Assembly (NCBI GenBank): GCA_018883165.1
Contig: VEQN01000003.1
Location: forward strand, 9,721 to 73,720
Length of the DNA: 64,000 bases
Source of the DNA: Candidatus Tayloriibacteriota bacterium
Lineage (GTDB): Bacteria > Patescibacteriota > Minisyncoccia > Phycocordibacterales > CAIZLB01
Direction: 5' to 3'
Translations under genes and position numbers: made by a program
Notes under the pieces: generated by a model
What the model saw: the letters and a program-made list of their open reading frames with translations, nothing else
Told to the model about the DNA's origin: nothing
Database searches by the model: none
In this document: in pieces, positions 29,067-38,635 of the stretch
How positions within the stretch are numbered: position 1 is the first letter of the stretch
Layout of the letters: every line of letters starts with the position of its first letter

Positions 29067-30351
29067 ATATACAATTTGTATTTTGCTATTAACCGTACTA
29101 AGTATTGGTACTTTTTTTGAGAATACCTTAACTGTAGAGGCGAACGCTGAAGCTGAAGCGCTCCAGAAACTCATAGAAGAGAAGAGTAAGAACCTAGAGC
29201 AACTCAATAAGGAAATTAAATTGTATGAGGAACTTACTGACAAGACGAGCCAGGAAGCCAAAACCCTACAGGGCCTCATTAGACAACTGGAGCAAAATGC
29301 GAAGGCAATCGACTTAGATATCAGAAAGACAAATGGAAAAATTGACCTTACTAACTTAGATATCCGAAAGATAGATGGAAATATTAGTGATACTGAGTCA
29401 CGCATCCAGAAACTTCAAGACGGAATATCTGCAAGTATACGAGAAATTCAAATGGCTGAAGACCGAGGCATGATTGAACACCTTCTTAGTCAGAAAACTC
29501 TTACCGGATTTCTGTCTGAGGTTGAATACCAATTGGGATTCAACGAGGCACTCCAGGCACAAATCGGTACCATGAGAAAGCAGAAAGATATTCTTGAATC
29601 TAACAAGCATGACAAAGAGGAGAAGAAGGATGAATTAGTAAAGCTACAGAATGAACTTTCCGGAAAGAAGAAAGCTGTACTTTATACAAAAAGTGAACGT
29701 GACCGAGCACTGAAAGACACGAAGAATCAAGAAAAAAATTATCAGAAAATACTGAAAGATAAGTTAGCACTTAAAGCTGCAACTGAGAAAGAAGTGTTTG
29801 AATATGAATCAAAACTTAAATACACACTTGATCCATCAAGTATTCCACAAGCTGGTTCAAGTGCGCTTCAATGGCCGTTGGATAAAGTGAGGATTACACA
29901 AAGATTCGGAAAAACAGTTGCAGCAAGAAGACTATATGTATCAGGTTCACACAACGGTGTAGACTTTGGTGCACCCATTGGAACACCTGTAAAGTCAGCA
30001 GCGTCAGGAACTGTTATTGGCGCTGGTGACACAGACCTTACCTGCCGTGGGGCATCGTTTGGAAGATGGATTCTTGTAAGACACAACAATGGTCTCTCAT
30101 CAATTTACGCACACCTTTCAGTTATTAGCGTACAAGAAGGACAAACTGTGGCTGCTGGCGACGTAATTGGATATTCAGGAAATACAGGATATTCAACAGG
30201 TCCACATCTTCACCTTGGGGTATATGCCGCTGATGCTGTAAAGGTAGAGAACAGGCCGAGTGCAAGTTGTGGTGGAAGGGTGTATAGGATGCCTATTGCT
30301 CCTATCGATGCATACCTTGATCCAATGCTATATTTGCCCGCAACAAATTAG
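29053..30351 (+). CDS. Coiled-coil plus M23 peptidase murein hydrolase or activator
   Basis: Signal peptide from ATG 29053, long coiled coil, HNGVD, YAHL, STGPHLH. Confidence 0.92.
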   Translation: MKTLRYTICILLLTVLSIGTFFENTLTVEANAEAEALQKLIEEKSKNLEQLNKEIKLYEELTDKTSQEAKTLQGLIRQLEQNAKAIDLDIRKTNGKIDLTNLDIRKIDGNISDTESRIQKLQDGISASIREIQMAEDRGMIEHLLSQKTLTGFLSEVEYQLGFNEALQAQIGTMRKQKDILESNKHDKEEKKDELVKLQNELSGKKKAVLYTKSERDRALKDTKNQEKNYQKILKDKLALKAATEKEVFEYESKLKYTLDPSSIPQAGSSALQWPLDKVRITQRFGKTVAARRLYVSGSHNGVDFGAPIGTPVKSAASGTVIGAGDTDLTCRGASFGRWILVRHNNGLSSIYAHLSVISVQEGQTVAAGDVIGYSGNTGYSTGPHLHLGVYAADAVKVENRPSASCGGRVYRMPIAPIDAYLDPMLYLPATN

Positions 30352-30410
30352 ATGAGTCAATAGGGAAAAATTAGGTTTTTTCACAGTATATTTGTTAAAA
30401 TTATATACAT

Positions 30411-32318
30411 ATGTGCGGCATCGCAGGAACACTCGGAAAAAAAGAACACACCTCAAAACTCATCGACAAGATGGTCGATATCATTACACATAGAGGTCCG
30501 GATGATCGTGGCACACTCATTACAGACTCGTTTGCATTTGGTATGCGACGACTCTCAATCATCGACCTCTCACATGGACACCAGCCAATATGGAACGAGG
30601 ATGAGACGGTCTGTGTAGTATTTAATGGAGAGATATATAACTACAGAGAACTACGACCCGAATTAATCTCTCTTGGTCACAAGTTCAAGACTGAAAGCGA
30701 TACCGAAGGTCTTGTACATTTATATGAACAATACGGGAGAGATATGCTCATGAAACTTCGTGGTATGTTTGGTTTTTGTATATACGACAAAAAGAAAAAT
30801 GAGCTTTTCATTGCAAGAGATCATTTCGGTATAAAGCCAATATATTACAGAGTAGATTCTGTATACAACAAATCAAAAAAAGTGTATGAACAAAAGTTTG
30901 TAAGCTTCGGATCAGAGATTAAAAGTCTGCTTGAAGATGCCGCCTACAAACCCATCATAAACGATGAAGCTGTTCTCAACTATCTCTCATTTCAATACAA
31001 TCCACTCGAGGAGACCATGTTTAAAGATATATATAAGCTTCCACCTGGTCACTATATGAAAGTAAACCTAGCTGATGGAACATTTAAAATATCAGAATAT
31101 TGGAGGTATACATTTCATGACACATTTGAAAACAGTGAAAAGAAACTTAAGGAAGGTAACATTGTAGAAGACAAACTCGCTAAGGATATCAAACAAATAG
31201 TAGAGGACTCTGTACAACACCATATGATTAGTGATGTGCCGGTTGGATCATTTCTTTCAGGAGGAGTGGATAGTGGAATAATTGTCTCAACAATGCAAGC
31301 GCAGAGAAAGAAAATGGGGCAACCAACCGTTTCAACATTCACTATTGGTTTTGACCATGTTAGTGAACACAACGAGGCACGACAAGTTTCAGATGCACAG
31401 AAAACTGACCATACGGAAGTTAAAGTTAACTTTGATACATATTTTAACGAACTTCCTAAAATCGCATGGCACTTTGATGAACCAGTGGCTGACCCATCAG
31501 CTGTGGCTTTGTATTTCCTTGCGAAGGAAGCGAGAAAAAAAGTAAAGGTAGTTCTTTCTGGAGAAGGAGCAGATGAACTCTTCGGTGGATACAACATATA
31601 CCGAGAACCGTTTGCAACACACGTCATTGACAGGCTTCCAAATTTTGTAAAAAAATATATTCTAAAACCACTCGCAAAACTACCATTTGAAATATATGGT
31701 CTTAACTATATCAAAAGATCACTCATTCCTCTCGAAGAGAGATATATTGGAAATGCAAATATTTTTAAAGAGAACGAAATTCGTAGACTATACAAAGGGA
31801 GTATTCCAAAAAGAATCAATATGTCACCCTACTTCAGTACCGTATCTGAACAAAGTGATTCTCGGAAAATGCAGCACATTGATATGAACTTTTGGTTACC
31901 AGGAGACATCTTAGCTAAAGCAGACAAGATGACCATGGCACATTCCCTTGAACTTCGTGTACCATTTCTAGATATCGAGGTGAGTAAAATATCAGCAATG
32001 ATTCCAGATACACTTAAATATAAAGACGGGACTACGAAATATATTCTTAGAAAAGCATTCCAGTCTATTCTTCCTAAAGAAACTGCGGGTAGAAAGAAAT
32101 TAGGATTTCCAACTCCAATTCGAAACTGGCTAAAAGAAAGACCAGAAGACATAAAAAATATCATTGTCGAAAACCCATATATTCAGTCACAATTTAATGT
32201 GGAATACATTGACACATTGATTAGTGACCATGTGAAAGGGAAGAGAGACACCTCAAGAAAGGTATATGTACTTTTGATGTTTTCTTTGTGGTATAATGCA
32301 TTCATAGCGGAGAAGTAA
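30411..32318 (+). CDS. asnB: Asparagine synthase (glutamine-hydrolysing) family amidotransferase
   Basis: MCGI, HRGPD, RRLSIID, NGEIYN, LSGGVDS, SGEGADELFGGY, ELRVPFLD. Confidence 0.95.
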   Translation: MCGIAGTLGKKEHTSKLIDKMVDIITHRGPDDRGTLITDSFAFGMRRLSIIDLSHGHQPIWNEDETVCVVFNGEIYNYRELRPELISLGHKFKTESDTEGLVHLYEQYGRDMLMKLRGMFGFCIYDKKKNELFIARDHFGIKPIYYRVDSVYNKSKKVYEQKFVSFGSEIKSLLEDAAYKPIINDEAVLNYLSFQYNPLEETMFKDIYKLPPGHYMKVNLADGTFKISEYWRYTFHDTFENSEKKLKEGNIVEDKLAKDIKQIVEDSVQHHMISDVPVGSFLSGGVDSGIIVSTMQAQRKKMGQPTVSTFTIGFDHVSEHNEARQVSDAQKTDHTEVKVNFDTYFNELPKIAWHFDEPVADPSAVALYFLAKEARKKVKVVLSGEGADELFGGYNIYREPFATHVIDRLPNFVKKYILKPLAKLPFEIYGLNYIKRSLIPLEERYIGNANIFKENEIRRLYKGSIPKRINMSPYFSTVSEQSDSRKMQHIDMNFWLPGDILAKADKMTMAHSLELRVPFLDIEVSKISAMIPDTLKYKDGTTKYILRKAFQSILPKETAGRKKLGFPTPIRNWLKERPEDIKNIIVENPYIQSQFNVEYIDTLISDHVKGKRDTSRKVYVLLMFSLWYNAFIAEK

Positions 32319-32319
32319 C

Positions 32320-32547
32320 ATGAAATTTATCCCAACAACAAACAAAGAGAAACAGAAAGGTATACTTGAAATCGTAGTTGTAATCATAATTGCACTTGTT
32401 CTTCTTCGAGTGCTTGGAATAAATATCTCAGAAGTGCTTGCGAAGCCATGGGTCCGAGACTTCGCAACATACACAATCAGCATGCTTAAACTTGTATGGC
32501 AAGATGTTCTAGAGATTGTTGCTTTCGTTAAGGACTTAGCAGCATAA
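32320..32547 (+). CDS. Small membrane protein with a pilin-like N-terminus
   Basis: KQKG|ILEIVVVIIIALVLL. Confidence 0.65.
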   Translation: MKFIPTTNKEKQKGILEIVVVIIIALVLLRVLGINISEVLAKPWVRDFATYTISMLKLVWQDVLEIVAFVKDLAA

Positions 32548-32557
32548 ACAACATAGT

Positions 32558-33259
32558 ATGCATGAAGGAATACACAACGACGATCCTTCTTTCGAAACAA
32601 AGGAGTCGAGTACGGATGGAACAACTATTGATTCAGAAAGATCTGTTACCATTGATACACCAACCCTAGCCAAGAACGATAGAACAAAGATTGCAGAAAT
32701 AAGGGATGCCTTGGCAGAGAATTCTTCTGAGGATGATCAGATTATTCCAAAACACAGCACCATTCCGAGCGCAGAGAATACTAACGTACGACCAACCAAA
32801 AAAGAAGGAGTGTTGCAAACACTGAGGTCATTTTTCAAAGAATTGATGAAGGGTGAAAAAATGAAAACTAATATTATCTATCAACCTGATAGACTTTATA
32901 GAACAATTGGAAAATTAGGGTACGAAGAATTTTTAACTAACGGAACCATAGAATCAAAGAACAAGCGTAAATATGCAGATGTCTCGTTTAACGTTGGCGA
33001 ACCTGCTAACTTGTATTTACGTAAAGATCCTTCATATATATTGGAAGCAACAGCAGAGGCAGCAAATTTTAAACCTAAAATAAATATATACGATCCTACA
33101 CACAGGGAATTAACTGAGTTGCCATACAGAGGATGTGAACCTGGAGAAATCACTAAAGATTCTCCGATAAGAATATTTGAACTAACAAATGAACCTGGAG
33201 TATACAAGGTAGTCTTTGATAACATACATGATCCAGCACTAGAGGATACAGCTGTGTAA
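32558..33259 (+). CDS. Hypothetical protein
   Basis: 233-aa ORF with an acidic disordered N-terminal half and a globular C-terminal half. Confidence 0.65.
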   Translation: MHEGIHNDDPSFETKESSTDGTTIDSERSVTIDTPTLAKNDRTKIAEIRDALAENSSEDDQIIPKHSTIPSAENTNVRPTKKEGVLQTLRSFFKELMKGEKMKTNIIYQPDRLYRTIGKLGYEEFLTNGTIESKNKRKYADVSFNVGEPANLYLRKDPSYILEATAEAANFKPKINIYDPTHRELTELPYRGCEPGEITKDSPIRIFELTNEPGVYKVVFDNIHDPALEDTAV

Positions 33260-33274
33260 ACTACCATATACAAA

Positions 33275-33295
33275 AGAACGTTCGTTCTGTATAAT
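33275..33295 (+). promoter_or_regulatory. LexA operator (GAAC-N4-GTTC) adjoining a -10 TATAAT
   Basis: AGAAC-GTTC-GTTCT at 33275-33288 and TATAAT at 33290-33295, directly upstream of lexA. Confidence 0.7.
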
Positions 33296-33303
33296 ATAGG
33301 TAT

Positions 33304-33894
33304 ATGCCTAAAGTACATATTGATTTACAAACTGCACAAAAACAAATATATACATTCTTTAGTACCCACAAAAGAATGCCGTCATATCAGGAAATCTGCA
33401 CCATATGCAAACTTGGATCTAAAAATACTGCGCATACGTTGGTGCAGAAGCTCAAAGCAACCGGAGCACTCGAAACAGACAAACTCGGTAAAATACTACC
33501 AACCAAACATAAACAATCTTCAATAAAACTTCTTGGCTTAGTAGAAGCTGGATTTCCAACACCAAGCGAAGAATCACTTCATGAGCAGATATCTCTCGAT
33601 GATTGGGTTATACAAAAGAAAGAATCAAGCTACATGCTCAAAGTTAAAGGGGATTCAATGAAAGATGCAGGTATTCTAGATGGTGATATGGTCATTGTCG
33701 AGAGAACAACTACACCTAAAATAGGTCAAATTGTTGTAGCAGAGATAGATGGATCATACACCTTGAAATACCTCAGGAAAGGATCGTCTAGGTATTTCCT
33801 TGAAGCAGCAAACAGCAAGTACAAGCCGATGTACCCAACTGAAGAACTGCAAATAATTGCGGTAGTGAAAGCTGTTGTTAGAAAATATGCGTAA
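33304..33894 (+). CDS. lexA: LexA-family repressor (HTH plus S24 peptidase)
   Basis: PSYQEI HTH, Ala-Gly cleavage site VEAGFP, GDSM Ser, TLK Lys. Confidence 0.9.
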   Translation: MPKVHIDLQTAQKQIYTFFSTHKRMPSYQEICTICKLGSKNTAHTLVQKLKATGALETDKLGKILPTKHKQSSIKLLGLVEAGFPTPSEESLHEQISLDDWVIQKKESSYMLKVKGDSMKDAGILDGDMVIVERTTTPKIGQIVVAEIDGSYTLKYLRKGSSRYFLEAANSKYKPMYPTEELQIIAVVKAVVRKYA

Positions 33895-35131
33895 CAATCC
33901 TGTAGACAAATACATCCTGCATGTAGACGGAGACAACTTCTTTGTGTCTTGTGAACTTCAAAGATTTCCACATCTCAAAGGCACCCCCGTTGTTGTTGGT
34001 GAAGAACGTGGTATCGCTTCTGCAATGAGCCCAGAAGCAAAAAAGATGGGTATCACTCGTGGTATGCCCATATTCCAGATACGTGCCAAATACAAGAATG
34101 TCACTGTACTGCCAGCACACTTTGAACTATACGAGCAATATAACCAAAAGATGTACGATATTTTGTGTCGATATTCAAATACTGTTGAACGATACAGTAT
34201 AGACGAGTGTTTTGCTGTGATATATGACAAGAATATACTATCTAGAATCAAAAAGGAGGCCGAAGAGGCTCTTGGTATTACATTGTCATTTGGACTGGCT
34301 ACCACAAAGACGTTGGCAAAGATTGCCTCGAAGAAGGAGAAACCGAGTGGGTGTGTATCATTCATTAACACAGACGTGACAGAGATACTCAAACAAACTC
34401 CAATAGGGAGCGTGTGGGGAATCGGAAGAGCAATCAGTGCTGAGCTCACTGGATACAACATACATACAGCATATGACTTCACACAAGCAGGGAGGCAGTT
34501 TGTAGAGAAAAACTTTGGGTCAAATACACTTGAAACCTGGTATGAGTTACAGGGTATAGAACAGAAACCAGTTGAAAGTTCGTATGGTTTACCGGGTGGA
34601 CAAAAATCATTTCAATCAACAAGATCATTTGGATACAGCACAAAAGAACGAACGTTCTTATTATCAGAACTATGTACCCATACCGAAATACTATGCAAAC
34701 GACTTCGAATGGCAGACTTGCAGACTAATCATTTTAGTTTCTTTCTTAAGAAAAATACTGATCACAACAGGTATCTGAGTATAGAACTTGATATTGGATT
34801 TTATACCAACAATCCAAGCCATATCTACGGAATGATTCTAGAATCGTTCAAAGAGATATATTCGAGTATCTACGCATACAAAGGTACAGGTGTATCCATG
34901 CACAGGGTTCGACCTACAGAGACCATACAAGCAGACCTATTTGGTGTGCAGAATACCGTACAAGCACAGAATGCGTTTCTAGACGTATTGGATGAACTAC
35001 AAGATGATTCGGTACATTTGTTGGCAAGCCTGGAATCAAGGCGTGTACGTAAGGAGAAAGAAGATATCAGGAACAAGAGAAACAGATTCATATATGGATT
35101 GCCGTTGCCATACATGGGAGAAGTCTCATAG
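33887..35131 (+). CDS. Y-family DNA polymerase (DinB/UmuC-like)
   Basis: HVDGDNFFVSCE, YSIDE, TKTLAKIAS..KPSG, VWGIG. Overlaps the lexA stop. Confidence 0.93.
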   Translation: MRNNPVDKYILHVDGDNFFVSCELQRFPHLKGTPVVVGEERGIASAMSPEAKKMGITRGMPIFQIRAKYKNVTVLPAHFELYEQYNQKMYDILCRYSNTVERYSIDECFAVIYDKNILSRIKKEAEEALGITLSFGLATTKTLAKIASKKEKPSGCVSFINTDVTEILKQTPIGSVWGIGRAISAELTGYNIHTAYDFTQAGRQFVEKNFGSNTLETWYELQGIEQKPVESSYGLPGGQKSFQSTRSFGYSTKERTFLLSELCTHTEILCKRLRMADLQTNHFSFFLKKNTDHNRYLSIELDIGFYTNNPSHIYGMILESFKEIYSSIYAYKGTGVSMHRVRPTETIQADLFGVQNTVQAQNAFLDVLDELQDDSVHLLASLESRRVRKEKEDIRNKRNRFIYGLPLPYMGEVS

Positions 35132-35291
35132 CTGGGTTTATGTATGGAATGAGGCTTTTCAATATATATTATGTCGGAAAAGATATATTGTGCGACATAT
35201 ATAAATACCGAAGGGTCTTATCCCCGCAGACCAAAAAGCCCGCATTGTTTACATTCTCTGCGTGCTATACTTTTACACAATTGAACATATT

Positions 35292-36593
35292 ATGTGGCGA
35301 GATTTTTTTATAAAAAATAATTCTGTAATTTACATTTTAGGTTTTATATTCATCATTCAACTTGGGATGACTATAAACCTCAAAGCACTCGCGGATGAAT
35401 TCCCCCACTATTGGCAAATCAAGGAGTACGCATACATACCGGAAGGATCTGTAATTATAAATAAAGCGATAACTACACCAACACACATACACAATCTTAT
35501 CGGAAAAGTTGTACACCTCGGAAGCAAATTAGAGATTGGTAAGGCATTAACAAAGGCTGGCATTTTTGAAAAAACTGACGCATTTGATCTGTTTCTTTCA
35601 AGAGGGGTGGTCACAACTCTCATATTTCTAACCCTGTTGTATCTTTCATATATCGCACGAAGTAATAAATTGAATACAAACTACATATTACTTGCACTTG
35701 TAACAATCCCTATCACTCTCCCGTACATTCCACTCATCTATACAGACATCCTTGCGGTATCATTGATTGCACTTTCATTCGTAACTGGATATACCGGGAA
35801 ATACTTTCAAAGCGCAATATCTATTTCTTTAGCAGTCCTCATACGTCAACCATCGATAGTATGGATACTACCGATTTTGTTTTTAATCTCGAGAGACGCC
35901 CAAGGATTGAAAGAAAAGTTTAAAGTCAGTATATACCACCTACTCGTGTGTATATCATTCATAGTCTTCTTCATACTAAACAAAGGAGTTGCACTTGGTG
36001 ATCGTACATCCCATGAGATATCACTCAATCTCTCTAATATATGGTTCTTTAGCTTTGTCTTTTTTGTTACTACAATAGGGTACTTCTACCCTGCCCTAAA
36101 AAAAGCGTATGCTCTTGTATTGAAACTAAACACAAAAAAATATATTGCTCATTTAATAGGTACCATGTGCACATTAGGCATATTCCTTTTGTATTTCTAC
36201 ACATATGAGATACACCATCAATACAATACTCGTAGCTACGGATGGTTTCTTCGAAACCGGCTTTTAGATATCTCTACCAATATCCTTTGGGCGAAAACAC
36301 TGTTCGGTATATTCTCCGTATGTGGACTAATAATGTTCCTTGCCCAAGCCTTTTCAGCAAAACACAAAGTATCTGAATATATCTTTAAAGTAACCGCGTT
36401 GGTATCCATATCAGCAATGCCACTCATTGAACAAAGATACTACATCCCAATATTTATTATATCCGGATTCTATCTTTCTATATCAGAGAAAGGATTTAAA
36501 CTACACACACCAGCTCTAGTTCAAACCATGTTTAATATTATTATAGGTGTGTGTTTCTTCTACGGTATTACACATATTAAATTCTTCTTGTAA
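35292..36593 (+). CDS. ALG10/DIE2-like (GT59, GT-C) polyprenyl-P-sugar glycosyltransferase
   Basis: Multi-TM protein with DEFPHYWQ, ITTP, YTD, RQPSIVW, NKGVALGDRTSH and PLIEQRYYIP, collinear with eukaryotic ALG10 motifs. Confidence 0.75.
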   Translation: MWRDFFIKNNSVIYILGFIFIIQLGMTINLKALADEFPHYWQIKEYAYIPEGSVIINKAITTPTHIHNLIGKVVHLGSKLEIGKALTKAGIFEKTDAFDLFLSRGVVTTLIFLTLLYLSYIARSNKLNTNYILLALVTIPITLPYIPLIYTDILAVSLIALSFVTGYTGKYFQSAISISLAVLIRQPSIVWILPILFLISRDAQGLKEKFKVSIYHLLVCISFIVFFILNKGVALGDRTSHEISLNLSNIWFFSFVFFVTTIGYFYPALKKAYALVLKLNTKKYIAHLIGTMCTLGIFLLYFYTYEIHHQYNTRSYGWFLRNRLLDISTNILWAKTLFGIFSVCGLIMFLAQAFSAKHKVSEYIFKVTALVSISAMPLIEQRYYIPIFIISGFYLSISEKGFKLHTPALVQTMFNIIIGVCFFYGITHIKFFL

Positions 36594-36594
36594 A

Positions 36595-36625
36595 CAAAAA
36601 GGCCTCATTGCTGAGGTCTTTTTGT
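36595..36625. terminator. Bidirectional terminator
   Basis: CAAAAAGGCCTCA-TTGC-TGAGGTCTTTTTG between convergent genes. Confidence 0.8.
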
Positions 36626-36645
36626 GAAGGGGCGAGACCTTAATA

Positions 36646-37173
36646 TTATTTCTCTGCTAATACTGGATTTGTGTTGAACATCGCTTTCGCAACATCAGAC
36701 TTCATCCAACATGGAGCTGAAGATTTCCAAGGCTGTGAACCTTTTTCAGAGTACAAAAGTTTTCCGTACTCAAGATTACCTTCAACTGTGTAGATATTAA
36801 TATTAAGTTTTTTTGCTCGCTCAAGGTGATAGAATTCATTTATCTGCATAACGCCAACATCTTTGTTGTTCACTACACCTCTAAATGTACTACCATCCCT
36901 GTTGAACTGACGATATCGAGATTCACATTTAGCAATTTCTGCCATCAGAGGAATATCTTTAAAATATTCTCTTGTGAACGACTCAATACCTTCGTTCGGG
37001 TTAGTCTCTTTTTGAGACTTATTACCCCCTTGATTTGAAGTTGTCTGGGTTGTTGTCCTGCCTACCGCTGCCTGCGTGCTGGACGCCGCGACTACTTCTG
37101 GTTTAGCAACAATGGTCTGATTCTGTACTGCGGGCGTATCTGTCGCCATCATTCCAGAGACCACCATTGCCAT
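36646..37173 (-). CDS. Secreted lysozyme / lytic transglycosylase-like protein
   Basis: IAKCES (catalytic Glu), GVMQIN, GN..YG..LY...G..PW. The start is uncertain. Confidence 0.75.
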   Translation of the reverse strand: MAMVVSGMMATDTPAVQNQTIVAKPEVVAASSTQAAVGRTTTQTTSNQGGNKSQKETNPNEGIESFTREYFKDIPLMAEIAKCESRYRQFNRDGSTFRGVVNNKDVGVMQINEFYHLERAKKLNINIYTVEGNLEYGKLLYSEKGSQPWKSSAPCWMKSDVAKAMFNTNPVLAEK

Positions 37174-37419
37174 ACCGATCGTGAGTTGTAAAATAAGCCG
37201 AAATTTAGCTGGTAATGTGTACGCCGATTACTGAGTATCAGTACACTTGCACTAAAATTTAAAAAGCACCTATGTGCTTTATGCCAATATAGTAGCATGT
37301 CACCCCCTTTTTTGTCAACGAAATTGATGCAAAAATGGCTTTTGTAATACAATTTATGTGGCTAAAAATAAAGGTATAATTGATAGATATACCTTTACAA
37401 AATGACAATATATTGTATT

Positions 37420-37641
37420 CTATTTTATACCCTTTTGCAGGCCCTCAAGCACCTTAGCTGCTCGGTCCACTTTCTCTATCTCCTCCCTATCACACTGTAC
37501 CAAAATAGGGGTTTTCTCCCCTATCCTACCTACCAAAAACACCCCTAAACCTATTGAACACACCAAGAAAGAAAGGTTTAAGACTAGTAAGATTCTGGTG
37601 AGTCTTATTTTCGCATCTGGGGTATTGAATAATATAGTCAT
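37420..37641 (-). CDS. Small single-pass membrane protein
   Basis: 73-aa ORF with one TM helix. Confidence 0.5.
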   Translation of the reverse strand: MTILFNTPDAKIRLTRILLVLNLSFLVCSIGLGVFLVGRIGEKTPILVQCDREEIEKVDRAAKVLEGLQKGIK

Positions 37642-37770
37642 TTGGTATATACTCTTCCTTGCTACTTTCGGTATAGAGCTTCAATAGCTTAAGACGAGTT
37701 ACCTTAAGGAAGCTTGAATTATATATAAAAAGCTCTAACTGAAGCTTCAATTAATTATTACTAATACACT

Positions 37771-38043
37771 ATGGCAACCAAAAAAGCTGCCGGTTCGGCA
37801 AAAAACTTAAGAGATTCAAACCCACAGTATCTTGGTATCAAGCTATACGGAGGTGAAAAAGCATCAGCAGGTGCAATCATCGTTCGACAGCGAGGTAACA
37901 AAATTACAGCTGGTAAGAATGTAGGCATGGGCAAAGACCACACACTCTACGCTCTCAAAGAAGGTATTGTGAAGTATGGATCAAAGCGAGTTGTATCTTT
38001 CGATAACACAACAAAGGTTAAGAAAGTTGCTCACGTTGAATAA
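37771..38043 (+). CDS. rpmA: 50S ribosomal protein L27
   Basis: [13 protein letters not shown]....[19 protein letters not shown]. Confidence 0.98.
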   Translation: MATKKAAGSAKNLRDSNPQYLGIKLYGGEKASAGAIIVRQRGNKITAGKNVGMGKDHTLYALKEGIVKYGSKRVVSFDNTTKVKKVAHVE

Positions 38044-38054
38044 GTAACTCTTAC

Positions 38055-38091
38055 ACAAAAAGACCACAGGGATTACCTGAGGTCTTTTTGT
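38055..38091. terminator. Bidirectional terminator between rpmA and rplI
   Basis: ACAAAAAGACC.CAGG...CCTG.GGTCTTTTTGT. Confidence 0.8.
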
Positions 38092-38113
38092 TATATATCT
38101 TACCTAACGTAGA

Positions 38114-38560
38114 TTATTCGAGAGCCTTGAGTACAACAGTAAACTCAGCTGACTTGTTCTGAACTTTCACTTCAATCTTATGCTCACCAAGCTCTTTGAT
38201 TGGCTTATCAAGCACAATGTATTCAGGAAGAATATCAAGTCGAGCCTGATCTTTAAGTGCTGAAACTAGTTCTTCCTTGTGAATCCCAGCAAACAAATGA
38301 CCTTTGTCATTAGCCTTACCGTGAATTTCAATTGAAGTACCAGCGATATCCTTGAAGTTCTTAAGCAGAAGCTCTTCTTGTACCTGTCGGTCAGCTTCTT
38401 CAGCAGCTTTTAATACTTTCACTCGCTCAAGCGCTTTAGGTGTAGCATTTTCAGCAAGTCCTTTTGGGAACAATGCATTCATAGCGAATCCTTCAGAAAC
38501 GTTGATTACGTCGAATTTTCGTCCAATTTTCGGAACTGATTTTAATAGAATTACTTTCAT
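38114..38560 (-). CDS. rplI: 50S ribosomal protein L9
   Basis: MKVILLK.V..IG, GFAMNALFPKGLA, GHLFAGI, PIKELGEH. Confidence 0.96.
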   Translation of the reverse strand: MKVILLKSVPKIGRKFDVINVSEGFAMNALFPKGLAENATPKALERVKVLKAAEEADRQVQEELLLKNFKDIAGTSIEIHGKANDKGHLFAGIHKEELVSALKDQARLDILPEYIVLDKPIKELGEHKIEVKVQNKSAEFTVVLKALE

Positions 38561-38635
38561 TGATTGAATATGATGATTAACAAATCTGCTGTATCACTAG
38601 AGATATGCAGTACTGGCTACTGTAGCACAAATGGC

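Noticed and set aside
36595-38091. Shared 15-mer CTGAGGTCTTTTTGT in two terminators as a mobile repeat
   Set aside because: Only two short copies, both explained as bidirectional terminators.
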